From positions 10,953 through 74,952 of the forward strand of contig CAWKMR010000036.1 of the NCBI GenBank assembly GCA_963850705.1: DNA of 64,000 nt, read 5' to 3'. Of this stretch, positions 31,966-41,702 are shown piece after piece. Source of the DNA: an uncultured Alphaproteobacteria bacterium (GTDB lineage Bacteria > Pseudomonadota > Alphaproteobacteria > Rhizobiales > Xanthobacteraceae). Below the pieces are notes generated by a model that had not been told where the DNA came from, ran no database searches, and was given only the letters and a program-made list of their open reading frames with translations. The translations under genes were made by a program, and so were the position numbers. The stretch's first letter is position 1, and each line of letters begins with the position of its first letter.

Positions 31966-32724
31966 CTATTGCCAGCGCAGTAAATATTTTTCGAGCCGTC
32001 CGGCGGCGAAGAAAATCAACAGCACCACCACCATGATCAGGAAAATAAGCGCGAACATCAGCGCGGAGTTGTAGGTCGACTGTGCGAAGGAGAGGAGATA
32101 GCCAAGCCCGCGGCTCGCGCCGACGAACTCGCCGACGCAGGCGCCGGTGAAGGCGAAGCCCACCGCGACCTTGAGGTTGCCCAGCACCCAGGCCGCGACC
32201 GAGGGCAGATAAACGTGCCGGACCAGGTCCCAGCGTGTGCCGCCGAGCGTCACGACACGCTCGACCAGCTTACGATCGACTTGCCGGATGCCACCATAGA
32301 CGGTGAAAAAGATCACGACCGCGACCAGGATGAAGGCGAGCGCGATCTTGGAGGCCAGCTCGATGCCGAGCCAGATCACGAACAGTGGTGCCAGCACGAC
32401 GCGCGGGATGGCGTTGAGCAGCGTCATGACCGGCTCGAGCAGCTCCGCGACCAACGGGACCATTGCCGCCACGACGCCGAGCGCGATCCCGACAACGATG
32501 CCGAGCGCGAGCCCGACCAGCGCGGCGGTGAAGGTGGCTTCGAGATGGGGCCAGATGCGGCCGTCGGCGAACAATTCATAGAGGGCGCTGCCGATCTTGC
32601 TCGGGCTCGGCACGAACAACGGATTGATCAAATCGAAGCGGCCGGCCGCTTCCCAGATCACCAGAAGGATGCCGAATGCCGTCAACTGGCGCAGCAGCGC
32701 GAAGCGCGGGTCGGAGAGGATCAT
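31966..32724 (-). CDS. ABC transporter permease (NitT/TauT nitrate/sulfonate/bicarbonate family)
   Basis: 252-aa multi-TM ORF with the EAA-type loop LGGTRWDLVRHVYLPSVAAWVLGNLKVAVGFA. ATGA overlap with the upstream ATPase gene. Confidence 0.9.
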   Translation of the reverse strand: MILSDPRFALLRQLTAFGILLVIWEAAGRFDLINPLFVPSPSKIGSALYELFADGRIWPHLEATFTAALVGLALGIVVGIALGVVAAMVPLVAELLEPVMTLLNAIPRVVLAPLFVIWLGIELASKIALAFILVAVVIFFTVYGGIRQVDRKLVERVVTLGGTRWDLVRHVYLPSVAAWVLGNLKVAVGFAFTGACVGEFVGASRGLGYLLSFAQSTYNSALMFALIFLIMVVVLLIFFAAGRLEKYLLRWQ

Positions 32725-33481
32725 TCCGCCGCCTCGGCCCGCGGATCGAGCGCCACTTCACGGGAGAGATCGTTCCACAGCTTTTCATAGAGCGGCGCGA
32801 ACGCCGGATGCACGCGCGCCTTGACCGGATTGCGCGGCCGCGGGATCGGCACGTTGTACTGCTGCGTGATGTGCGCGCGGGGCCCCTGCGACAGGAGATA
32901 GACGCAATCCGACAGGCTGATCGCTTCTTCGAGGTCGTGGGTGACGAGCAGCACGCTGATGCCTTCCTCCTCGACCAGCGACGCGACGTCCTGCACGACG
33001 CGCGCGCGCACGATGGCGTCGAGCGAGGCGAACGGCTCGTCCATCAACAGAAGCTTCGGCGTCATCGCCAGCACCTGCGCGAGCGCGACGCGCTTCCTCT
33101 GCCCGCCGCTGAGATGGCGCGGATAGCGGTTCTCGAATCCGGCCAAGTCCGAGCCGGTCGAGCCAGTAGTCGGCCTGCACCAGCGCGCTCTTCTGCGTGC
33201 AGCCGCGGAAGCCCAGGCCGAGCGCGACGTTGTCGCGCGCTGTCTTCCAGGGCATCAGCGCGTCATCCTGGAACAGCATGCCGATTTCGGACGGCTTCAC
33301 TCCGGGATCGACGGTGCCGGCGAGCGGCTTCTGCAGTCCGATCACGGCGCGCAACAGGCTCGATTTGCCCGAGCCCGACGGGCCGACCAGGCTCACGAAC
33401 TGCGCCTTGGCCGACTTCGACGCTGGCGCCTTCGAGGACCGGCTCTTCGCCGTAGGAAATACTGAGATCACGGACGCGCAA
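32721..33481 (-). pseudogene. ABC transporter ATP-binding protein (NitT/TauT family), two frame breaks
   Basis: TTG 33481 (LRVRDLSISYGEEPVLEG). Walker A LVGPSGSGKSS (ORF 32785..33486). Signature HLSGGQRKRVALA and Walker B LLLMDEPFASLD (ORF 32721..33146). Extra G near 33410 and near 33145. Confidence 0.85.
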
Positions 33482-33529
33482 AACAAAGATCCTGTTCAGT
33501 CGATCGGCTTAGGAGGCAGCTTTTTGCAG

Positions 33530-33580
33530 GCGCATGATCTTATCCGAAAACCGGCTTCCACTTTTCGGGATCATGCGCGC
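33530..33580. repeat. REP-like palindrome (TTTTCGGGATC-core family)
   Basis: GCGCATGATCTTATCCGAAAACCGGCTTCCACTTTTCGGGATCATGCGCGC, nearly perfect hairpin between two operon genes. Confidence 0.75.
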
Positions 33581-33583
33581 GGC

Positions 33584-34612
33584 TTACCCTCCAACAACAG
33601 AGGTGTCGTGCAGCCCGGAGATGGTTGTGCCAGCCGGAATCATGCCGCCCACAATCAGCGTCTGTGCGACGCGGTCGGCGGCCGCGAGATCGATGTTTAC
33701 CGTCTCCGGGTAGAGCGAGTCGCGGTAGCGCGCGATGATCTCGCCGAATTCCTTGGTGTCGAGGCCAGTGACCATTTCCTTGGGTAGCGCCGCGATCAAT
33801 TCTGCCCCGCTCATCAGGCGCAGCGCCTTCAGAGCGTCGGCGAGAGCCCGGATGAGCATCTGCATCTCGTCCTTGCGCTGCTCCATTTCTTTGGTACGCA
33901 CGGCGACGCCCATGAATTCATACGAGCCGCCGAGGTAGCGGCGCGCATCCGTGAGGTCCATGCCGTTGACCAGGACGCGGGCGCCGGACCGTTGGAGCAG
34001 CGTGAGCGCCGGCTCCTGCACCAAGCCGGCATCGATCTGGCCCTGACGCAGTGCTTCGAGGAGATTGACGCCCATGGTCGCGAACTTGACCTTGCCGGCG
34101 TCGGCCTTGGCTTGCGCCAACAGATAAAGCGCCAGCGCATGGTCGGCATTGCCAAGTCCGGAGACCGCGACGGTGCGGCCCTGAAGATCAGCGATGCCTT
34201 TGATCTGCGAGGCGGTCTTCGGCGCGGTCACCAGCGCGAACAGCGGCAACCGTCCGGTGACGGCGATGCGCTTGATCGGCGCGCCCTTGGCGAAGGCGGT
34301 GATCGCGACGTCGAGTGACGTCGCCCCATAGTCCACGGCGTTGCCGACCAGTGCCTGCATCGCCGCGCTGCCGCCGCGGGTGTAGACCAGCTCGACATTG
34401 AGCCCGTGCTTCTTGAAGTGGCCGGCCGAACGCGCGACCTCGTAAGGCACGCCGCACAGGAGCTGGCTGCAATAGGCGAGCTTGATGCTGCGTCCCTGCG
34501 CCTTGGCCGCGCCCGGCAAGGCGCTCGCGATGACGGCCGCGCCCTTGAGAAGGGTGCGGCGAGACAGATCGGTCGGGGGCACGCGGGCGGTAGTTTCGTC
34601 GCAGCAGCTCAT
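33584..34612 (-). CDS. ABC transporter substrate-binding protein (NitT/TauT, SsuA/TauA-like) with twin-arginine signal
   Basis: 342-aa ORF. N-terminus ...DLSRRTLLKGAAVIASALPGAAKAQG, then an NMT1/SsuA-like body (IKLAYCSQLLCGVPYEVARSAGHFKKHGLNVELVY). Confidence 0.85.
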   Translation of the reverse strand: MSCCDETTARVPPTDLSRRTLLKGAAVIASALPGAAKAQGRSIKLAYCSQLLCGVPYEVARSAGHFKKHGLNVELVYTRGGSAAMQALVGNAVDYGATSLDVAITAFAKGAPIKRIAVTGRLPLFALVTAPKTASQIKGIADLQGRTVAVSGLGNADHALALYLLAQAKADAGKVKFATMGVNLLEALRQGQIDAGLVQEPALTLLQRSGARVLVNGMDLTDARRYLGGSYEFMGVAVRTKEMEQRKDEMQMLIRALADALKALRLMSGAELIAALPKEMVTGLDTKEFGEIIARYRDSLYPETVNIDLAAADRVAQTLIVGGMIPAGTTISGLHDTSVVGG

Positions 34613-34830
34613 GAGTGCTCTCCAAATTTGAAACTAATGAGCGGGGCCGATCCGCCGCAACGCGGCAGTATTTCCAATCTGTCCGGGAAACGTGAAAGAA
34701 TTTACCATGCTTCCCAGTGAATTTGAGAGAGTTCATCTACGTGATGGCCGTGATTCTGTGTTTCTTCATCCTAGGACATTGCGCAGCATTCAAAGCCCGC
34801 ACACTGTCGCAATGACTGCGGGACCCGGCG

Positions 34831-35706
34831 ATGGACAGTCTTGCCCTTGCACTGACGATGAAACGGCTGGCGGTCTGGCTTGATCGCGCTTGGCAGCCCG
34901 CGGGATTCGTCTCGAAGCAATATGACGGCGCGCCGTTCGGGCGTTGCTATGTGGGCATCGATCCGACACCGCCAGAGTCAATATGCTTCGGGCAATCGGA
35001 ATCGCGTCCATCTCTGCGGTGCGGAGCCGGGCCTGCGTCCGGAAGGCTTGGCGCGGCTGATCGAGCAGTTCACGAGCCGCGGGCGTAGCGCGGTTTTTCG
35101 TCTGGCTCAGCCCGGGGCCGGACATGGACGTGGTCCGCGGCTGGCTGGCGCAGGCGGGATTTCGTGCCGCGCATGCAATGGACCCGCTATCCGACGCTCG
35201 TTCGCGACTCTCTCGAACCGCCGCCGTTCCGGACCGAGCTCGTCGTGCGGGAGGCGAGGGGGAGCGACCTCGCGGCGGCTCACGCCGCAGTGGGCGACAT
35301 GATGTGGGGCGAATATGAGCGATCGTTCGGCAAGGACGGCTTCACGCATTTCATGGCGTTCGACGGCGCGCGCCCGGTGGCGATTGCCGCGCTCGCGGTG
35401 TTCGAAGGGCTCGGCTACCTGACGCTCGCCACCACCGCGGAAGGAGATCGCAAGCGCGGCGCGCAGTCCGCGCTGATCGCCGCGCGCATCGCAAAGGCCC
35501 GCGCGCTTGGCTGCACGGCGGTCGCGACCGAGACCTTGACGATGCTCGAGCACTCGCTGCGCAATCTCGAACGTGCCGGCTTCCGGGTCGCGTACGAGAA
35601 GGAAGTGTACGAGTGGTCAGCCTGCAGCGGCCGGGTCGCGACGTCGAGCCAGGTCTTGGTCTGCGCATCGACCAGCGGCACGAGCGTGTCGCGCACGCGC
35701 GCGTGA
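34831..35706 (+). pseudogene. GNAT-family N-acetyltransferase (two-lobed, ~290 aa), about three frame breaks
   Basis: Pieces 34831..35088, 34880..35302, 35124..35318 and 35164..35706 read through as one protein. Acetyl-CoA motif RKRGAQSALIAARIAKARALGCTAV. The last ~30 aa are low-complexity and antisense to pepP. Confidence 0.55.
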
Positions 35707-37448
35707 TAGCCATCGAGCCACGCGACCTCCGCGGCGGTGAGCAGGTCGCGCCGGACGAGCCTGCGGTCGATCGGCGCCAGCGTGAGCGTCTCGAATGCGT
35801 TGAGCGGCTTCTCGGCTCCCGCAACCTTGGGCCCTTCGATCACCAGCACGAGGTTCTCGATGCGGATGCCGTAGGCGCCGGCCTTGTAGTAGCCGGGCTC
35901 GTTCGAGAGGATCATGCCGCGCTTGAGCGCCGCGGTGCCGAGCTTGGAGATCCGCGCCGGCCCTTCATGCACCGACAGATAGCTGCCGACGCCGTGGCCG
36001 GTGCCGTGGTCGAAATCGATCCCGGCCTGCCACAGCGACTGGCGTGCGAAGGAATCAAGCTGTGCGCCGGAGGTGCCTTCCGGAAACACCGCGGTGGCGA
36101 TGGCGATGTGGCCCTTGAGCACGCGGGTGAAGCGGTCGCGCATTTCCGCGGTCGGCTCGCCGACGATGACGGTGCGGGTGATGTCGGTGGTGCCGTCCTG
36201 ATACTGGGCGCCGGAATCGATCAGGAACAGCTCGCCGGGCGATATCTTGCGGTCGGTTTTGCGGGTGACGCGATAATGCACGATCGCGCCGTCCGGTCCC
36301 GCGCCGGCGATGGTCGGGAACGACACGTCCCGCAGCAGATTGGTTTCGCGGCGGAAGGTTTCGAGCGCCTCCACCGCGCCGATCTCGGTGAGCTTGCCCT
36401 TTGGCGCTTCCCGGTCGAACCAGGCGAGGAAGCGCGCCATCGCCGCGCCGTCGCGACGGTGTGCTTCGCGCGCGCCTTCGATCTCGACCGGATTCTTCAC
36501 CGCCTTGAGCAGCGCGATCGGATCGGGACCCTTCGTGACCTTGCCGCCGGCGCCGCTCACGATCCGTGCCAGCGCGTCGGAGGCGGTACCGAGGTCGAGG
36601 CGCACGGTCTTGCCGGCTTTGCCGAGTGCGGCAAGCTCCGCGGTGAAGTCGGCGGGTGCGCGCACGTCGGCGATCTCTTCAAGTCGATGCCGGACGTCGT
36701 TTCCGAGCTTGCGGCCGTCGATGAACAGCGACGGGCGGCCCTCGCGCGGGATGACCGCAAACGAAAGCGGTAGTGGCGTGTGCGACACGTCCGCGCCGCG
36801 GATGTTGAAGGTCCAGGCGACCGCGTGCGGATCGGACACCACCAGCGCGTCGGCTTGCAGCTTTGCGATCTTGGGGCGGATGGTCGAAAGCTTGGTCTCC
36901 GCCGCTTCACCGGCAAAGCGGATGTCGTGCAGTGTGACGGCGCCGATCGGCGGGGCAGGGCGGTCCTTCCACAGTTCGTCGATCGGATTGGGCTCGATCG
37001 GCACGAGCGTCGCGCCGACATTGGAGCAGGCTTTCGCAAGCCTTTCCGCACTTTCGACGGTGTGCAGCCACGGATCGAAGCCGAGGACGTCGCCTTTTTT
37101 CAGGGTTTGTTCGATCCATCGGTGAGGCGGCGTCTCGACCAGATGCACGATCTCGAACAGCGACGTGTCGACCTGCTCGCGCGCCTGCAGCGTGTAGCGG
37201 CCGTCGACGAACAGCGCGGCCTTGTCCATCAGCACGATGGCCGAACCGGCCGAACCGGTGAAGCCGGTGAGCCAGGCGAGCCGCTCCTCCGACGCCGGGA
37301 GATATTCGCTCTGATGGCGGTCGGCGTGGGGAACCACGAAGCCGGTGAGCCCGCGCCGCGCCAGCTCGGTGCGCAGGGCCTTAACGCGCGGCGCGCTCGC
37401 CGCCGGGTTGGCCGTATCGTCGAAGGTCTGGAATTTAGCTTCGAACAT
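35415..37448 (-). CDS. pepP: Xaa-Pro aminopeptidase (aminopeptidase P, M24 family); last ~68 codons probably not genuine
   Basis: Inside ORF 35415..37550. ATG 37448 gives MFEAKFQTFDD...; DHGTGHGVGSYLSVHEGP, ILSNEPGYYKAGAYGIRIENL. Family-like sequence ends at ...WLDVATRPL (~35620). A TGA at 35617..35619 lies in another frame. Confidence 0.85.
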   Translation of the reverse strand: MFEAKFQTFDDTANPAASAPRVKALRTELARRGLTGFVVPHADRHQSEYLPASEERLAWLTGFTGSAGSAIVLMDKAALFVDGRYTLQAREQVDTSLFEIVHLVETPPHRWIEQTLKKGDVLGFDPWLHTVESAERLAKACSNVGATLVPIEPNPIDELWKDRPAPPIGAVTLHDIRFAGEAAETKLSTIRPKIAKLQADALVVSDPHAVAWTFNIRGADVSHTPLPLSFAVIPREGRPSLFIDGRKLGNDVRHRLEEIADVRAPADFTAELAALGKAGKTVRLDLGTASDALARIVSGAGGKVTKGPDPIALLKAVKNPVEIEGAREAHRRDGAAMARFLAWFDREAPKGKLTEIGAVEALETFRRETNLLRDVSFPTIAGAGPDGAIVHYRVTRKTDRKISPGELFLIDSGAQYQDGTTDITRTVIVGEPTAEMRDRFTRVLKGHIAIATAVFPEGTSGAQLDSFARQSLWQAGIDFDHGTGHGVGSYLSVHEGPARISKLGTAALKRGMILSNEPGYYKAGAYGIRIENLVLVIEGPKVAGAEKPLNAFETLTLAPIDRRLVRRDLLTAAEVAWLDGYHARVRDTLVPLVDAQTKTWLDVATRPLQADHSYTSFSYATRKPARSRLRSECSSIVKVSVATAVQPSARAFAMRAAISADCAPRLRSPSAVVASVR

Positions 37449-37461
37449 ATCAGGCAATCTA

Positions 37462-38370
37462 TTAGCGCCCGCGCCGCAATACCAGCGTCGACCAGCCGTC
37501 AAGCACGACGCGGCGTTCGAGCGCGAGGCCTTCACGGCGATAGGCCGCAAGCGCGGCGCTCGCCTGCGAAGTCAGTAGACCGGAGAGGACAACGCGCGCC
37601 CCGGGGGCGAGGAGCCGCGCCATCGGCGTCGCCAGCCGCTGCAATGGCGCAAGCAGGATATTGGCGAGCACGAGGTCGAACGGTGCGCGGTCGCGAAACT
37701 GCCGCGCGCCGAGCCCGGCCGCATGAACGACGGTAACGCCGGGCGCGCGATTGCGCCGCACGTTCTCGCGCGCCACCTGCGCCGCGCGGCGGTCGATGTC
37801 GCTCGCCAGTACCGGGCGGCGCAGCAATCTTGCGGCGGCGATTGCCAGCACGCCGGTGCCGGTGCCGACATCGAGCACGCGATGCGGACGCCGCGCCTTG
37901 AGAAGTTGGTCGAGCGCCAACAGGCAACCGCGCGTGGTGCCGTGATGTCCGGTGCCGAACGCGAACGCGGTCCCGATCTCGATACCGATGCGGTTGAGCC
38001 GGACGCTCGGGCGATAATGTTCGCTGTGAACGACGAAGCGTCCGGCCTCGACCGGCTTGAGACCCTCGAGGCTCGCCTTGACCCAATCCGTCTCGGCGAG
38101 CTTCTCGAACACGAGTGCGTTCGCCGCCTCGGGGCCGGCCGCCAGCCCCACCAGTGCGCGCACAGCGGTTTCGTTCGGCGGATCGGTGAAGTGGATCGCG
38201 ACCGTCCAACTGCTGCCGGTGTCATAGCTCGACACCACCGCGTCCGAGGCGTCGAAGACTTCCGCCAGCCGGTCGAGCAGGGCGCGGGCTTCATTCGCCG
38301 CGCCGGCCGGAAGCCGGGCGACGACCGTCGCGCCAGACGCCGGATCTGGGGTGTCGCCGGCTACGCCCAT
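37462..38370 (-). CDS. prmA: Ribosomal protein L11 methyltransferase PrmA
   Basis: ORF 37462..38487: FGTGHHGTTRGCLLAL, VLDVGTGTGVLAIAAA. Start uncertain (ATG 38370 or the GTG 38487 of the track). Confidence 0.8.
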   Translation of the reverse strand: MGVAGDTPDPASGATVVARLPAGAANEARALLDRLAEVFDASDAVVSSYDTGSSWTVAIHFTDPPNETAVRALVGLAAGPEAANALVFEKLAETDWVKASLEGLKPVEAGRFVVHSEHYRPSVRLNRIGIEIGTAFAFGTGHHGTTRGCLLALDQLLKARRPHRVLDVGTGTGVLAIAAARLLRRPVLASDIDRRAAQVARENVRRNRAPGVTVVHAAGLGARQFRDRAPFDLVLANILLAPLQRLATPMARLLAPGARVVLSGLLTSQASAALAAYRREGLALERRVVLDGWSTLVLRRGR

Positions 38371-38622
38371 CAGGGATTTGTCCACGTCGTTCACAGGCAG
38401 TTCCTCACATGACAAGGGCCATGCAGCAACCGCCTTATCAACCGTGGTTTCGAGCTTTTTCCCCAGGCTTTCCACAGCGTTGACCACAGTCTGTCACACA
38501 GACTGCGAAGGCCAACATCGCCACTGCCGTGCGCGGTTTTGGGCTCTTGCCTCCCCCGTTATGCCCCGTATCGTGCGGCCACCGGCCCAATACAAGCGCC
38601 GGTGGTCGTGGGAGGACTGTGA

Positions 38623-39648
38623 ATGCGTCGTGATGCTGCCCTGATGTTGCTGTGCGGGCTTGCGCTGCTGCTGGCAGTACCGGCCTCGGCGCAGCCGGTG
38701 GCGGAGTTCTATCGCGGCAAGACCATCACCATGGCGACCGGCACCTCGCCCGGCGGCGACTACGACCTGCGGCTGCGCATGGTCGCGCGCCATATCGGCA
38801 AGTACATTCCCGGCAATCCCAATGTCACGGTCAACAACATGCCGGGCGGCGGTGGGCTCGTGGTCGCCAATTGGCTGGCCAACCTTGCGCCCAAGGACGG
38901 CACCGCCGTGGTCGCTGTCACGCAGAATCTCGCGGTGCATCAGGCGACCGGCGCGGCCGGCATCAAGTTCGACGTGCGCGAATTCAACTGGATCGGCAAC
39001 ACCACCGACACGCCCAACGTCATCACCGCTTGGCACGCGACCGGCATCCGCACCATCCAGGACGTGATGGAGCGCGAACTGGTGGTCGGTGCGACCGGCC
39101 GCGCCAGCGGGTCGTTCCTCTATCCTTATTCGCTCAATCAGCTTGTCGGCACGAAATTCAAGATCGTCACCGGCTATCCCGGCGGCAACGACGTCAACAT
39201 CGCCATGGAGCGCGGCGAGGTCGGCGGCCGCGGCTCCAATTCCTGGGCGGCGTGGAAGTCGACGCGGCCGCAATGGGTCGCGGAAAAGAAGATCTTCAAT
39301 CTGGTGCAGGTGGCGCTGCGGCGGAACGCGGAGCTCGCCGACGTGCCGACCTTGATGGAGCTTGCCAAGAACGACGACGACCGCCAGGTGCTCGCGTTCA
39401 TCTCGGCGGACACGGCGATCTCGCGTCCGCTGACCACCAATGCTGGCGTGCCGGCCGATCGCGTCGAGGCGCTGCGCCGCGCCTTCGACGCCACCATGAA
39501 GGATCCGGCTTTCCTCGCCGAGGCCGCCAAGACCGAAACCGACATCAGCCCGATGACCGGCGAGGAAGTGCAGAAGATCGCGGTCGCGACCATCAATACG
39601 CCGCCCGCGGTGCTCAAGCGCGCGCATGCGCTGATCGAGGGGAAGTAG
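38623..39648 (+). CDS. Tripartite tricarboxylate transporter substrate-binding protein (TctC/Bug family), copy 1
   Basis: 341-aa ORF, GGGAGG SD, signal peptide MRRDAALMLLCGLALLLAVPASAQ. Bug-type body (MPGGGGLVVANWLAN, GYPGGNDVNIAMERGEV). Confidence 0.88.
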   Translation: MRRDAALMLLCGLALLLAVPASAQPVAEFYRGKTITMATGTSPGGDYDLRLRMVARHIGKYIPGNPNVTVNNMPGGGGLVVANWLANLAPKDGTAVVAVTQNLAVHQATGAAGIKFDVREFNWIGNTTDTPNVITAWHATGIRTIQDVMERELVVGATGRASGSFLYPYSLNQLVGTKFKIVTGYPGGNDVNIAMERGEVGGRGSNSWAAWKSTRPQWVAEKKIFNLVQVALRRNAELADVPTLMELAKNDDDRQVLAFISADTAISRPLTTNAGVPADRVEALRRAFDATMKDPAFLAEAAKTETDISPMTGEEVQKIAVATINTPPAVLKRAHALIEGK

Positions 39649-39694
39649 ATCGAAGCGGTTCGCATAGAGCCACGCAGTAACAGGGAGTGAAACG

Positions 39695-40683
39695 ATGCGT
39701 TCGAATGGATTGCGGCTTCGTGGCTATGCACGCGCGTTGGCATGCGCTGTGGCGTTGGTTGCGCTTGCAGCGGCTGCAGCCGCGCGTCGGCCTATCCCGA
39801 CCGCCCGATCACCGTCGTCGTGCCGTTCGCGCCCGGGCGGGCCGACCGACATCATCGCGCGCATCCTTTCGTTGTCGCTCAGCCAGATCGCTCGGCCAGC
39901 AGGTGATCGTGGACAACCGTGGCGGCGCCGCCGGCAACATCGGCATGGGGCAGGTGGCGCGCGCGACGCCGGACGGCCACACGCTGCTGCTCGCCTCGAC
40001 CGCGATCGCCGTCAATCCGGCGCTGTTCAAGAACCTGCCATACGACCCGATCAAGGATTTCGCGCCGATCTCCGAGCTGGTGAACGCGCCGAACGTGCTG
40101 GTCGTGCATCCCAACTCCGGGATCAACAGCATCGCCGACCTGGTCGCGCGCGCGAAGGCGGAGCCGTTCAGCTATGCAAGCCCGGGCGCCGGCACGAAAT
40201 CGCATCTGACCGGTGAACTGCTCAAGCTGCGCGCCAATATCGACATGGTGCACGTGCCGTTCCGCGGCGCCGGTCCGGCTGCGCAGGCGGTGCTCGGCAA
40301 GCAGATCCAGGTCGGCTCGGTCGCGCTCGCGGCCGCCGAAGCCATGATCCAGAGCGGACAATTGCGCGCGCTCGCGGTCACCAGCGAGAAGCGCTGGTTC
40401 TCGCTGCCGAACGTGCCGACCATGATCGAGGCCGGCTATCCGGGCTTCGTCTCCGACACGTTCAACGCGCTGCTGGCGCCGGCGGCGAGTGCCGCAGCCG
40501 ATCCTCGCGACGCTGGTGAAGGAAACCCGCGCCGCCTTCCAGAAGCCGGAGGCACTCGCGCAGGCGCGCAAGGCCGGCTTCGAGATCGTTGCCGGTACGC
40601 CGGAAGAGCTGGCCGCGCGCATCAAGGCGGAAATCCCGGCGGTGCGCGAGCTGGTCGCCAAGGCCGGCATTCCGCTTCAATAA
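39695..40683 (+). pseudogene. TctC/Bug-family substrate-binding protein, copy 2, about three frame breaks
   Basis: ATG 39695 (signal peptide in ORF 39695..40216). Body in ORF 39687..41228 (QQVIVDNRGGAAGNIGMGQVARATPDGHTLLLAS...VPFRGAGPAAQAVLG). C-terminus in ORF 40489..40683 (EELAARIKAEIPAVRELVAKAGIPLQ). Confidence 0.8.
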
Positions 40684-40706
40684 GAAGTCGAAGGGAAGGG
40701 AACCTC

Positions 40707-41676
40707 ATGACCGTCACGCGACGATCGCTGTTGCGGAGCGCCGGTGCGCTCGCTGCTTTGCCGCTCGTTCCGGCGCATGCGCAGGATTGGCCGGTGCGGC
40801 CGATCCGCATCATCGTCGGCACCGCGGCGGGCGGCAGTCCCGGATATCGTGAGCCGGCTCATCGGCGAGAAGCTCGCGGAACGGCTCGGGCAGACCATCA
40901 CCATCGAGAACAATACGCAGGGCGCCGGCGCGGTCGCCCAGCAGATGGTCAGCCGCGCGCCGCCCGACGGCACCACCGCGCTGATGATGACGGCCGGCTA
41001 TCCGCCGCAGATGGTGCTGCGCAATCTCGGCTTCCATCCGCTCGACGGCTATTCCTTCGTGACGCTCGTCTGCGGCTATCCGATGGTCTATGCGGTCGCG
41101 CCCGAGTCGCCGATCAAGTCGTTTGCCGATCTCATCGCGAAGGCCAAGGCGAATCCAGGCAAGGTGACTTATTCGATCACCGCACTCGGCTCGATCTACC
41201 ATGTGCTGACCAAATGGATCGAGCTTGAGTCCGGCATCGACATGACGCCGATCCCTTACCGTGGCACGTCGCTGGCGTTGCAAGACATTCTCGGCGGCCG
41301 CGTCGATGTGATGGTCGACGCGGCGACCTCGATGTTCCCGCGCATCCAGAGCGGTCAGTTGCGCATGCTCGGCGTGTCGTCGGCGGGACGCTACCCGCTG
41401 ATGCCGGAGGCGCCGACCGTCGCGGAGACTGTGCCCGGCATCGAGTTCATGTCGTGGCTTGGTCTTGTCATGCCACCCGCGACGCCGCGCCCGATCGTCG
41501 AGCGGCTCAATTCCGAAGTGCACCGGGCGCTCAAGCTGCCGGATATCATCGCCAAGCTCGCGGAAGCAGGTAACATTCCGACGCCGTCGACGCCCGAAGC
41601 GTACCGGGCGCATGTCGAGCGCGAGATCAAGACCTGGAGCCGCGTGATCACGGCGGCAGGCATCAAGGCGGGGTAG
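40707..41676 (+). pseudogene. TctC/Bug-family substrate-binding protein, copy 3 (RR signal), one frame break
   Basis: ATG 40707 gives MTVTRRSLLRSAGALAALPLVPAHAQDWPVRPIRIIVGTAAGGSP, then ORF 40744..41676 (DIVSRLIGEKLAERLGQTITIENNTQGAG...). Extra G at ~40842, judged against paralog 4. Confidence 0.85.
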
Positions 41677-41702
41677 GTGGAAGTCCAACAGGAGCGAGCG
41701 CG

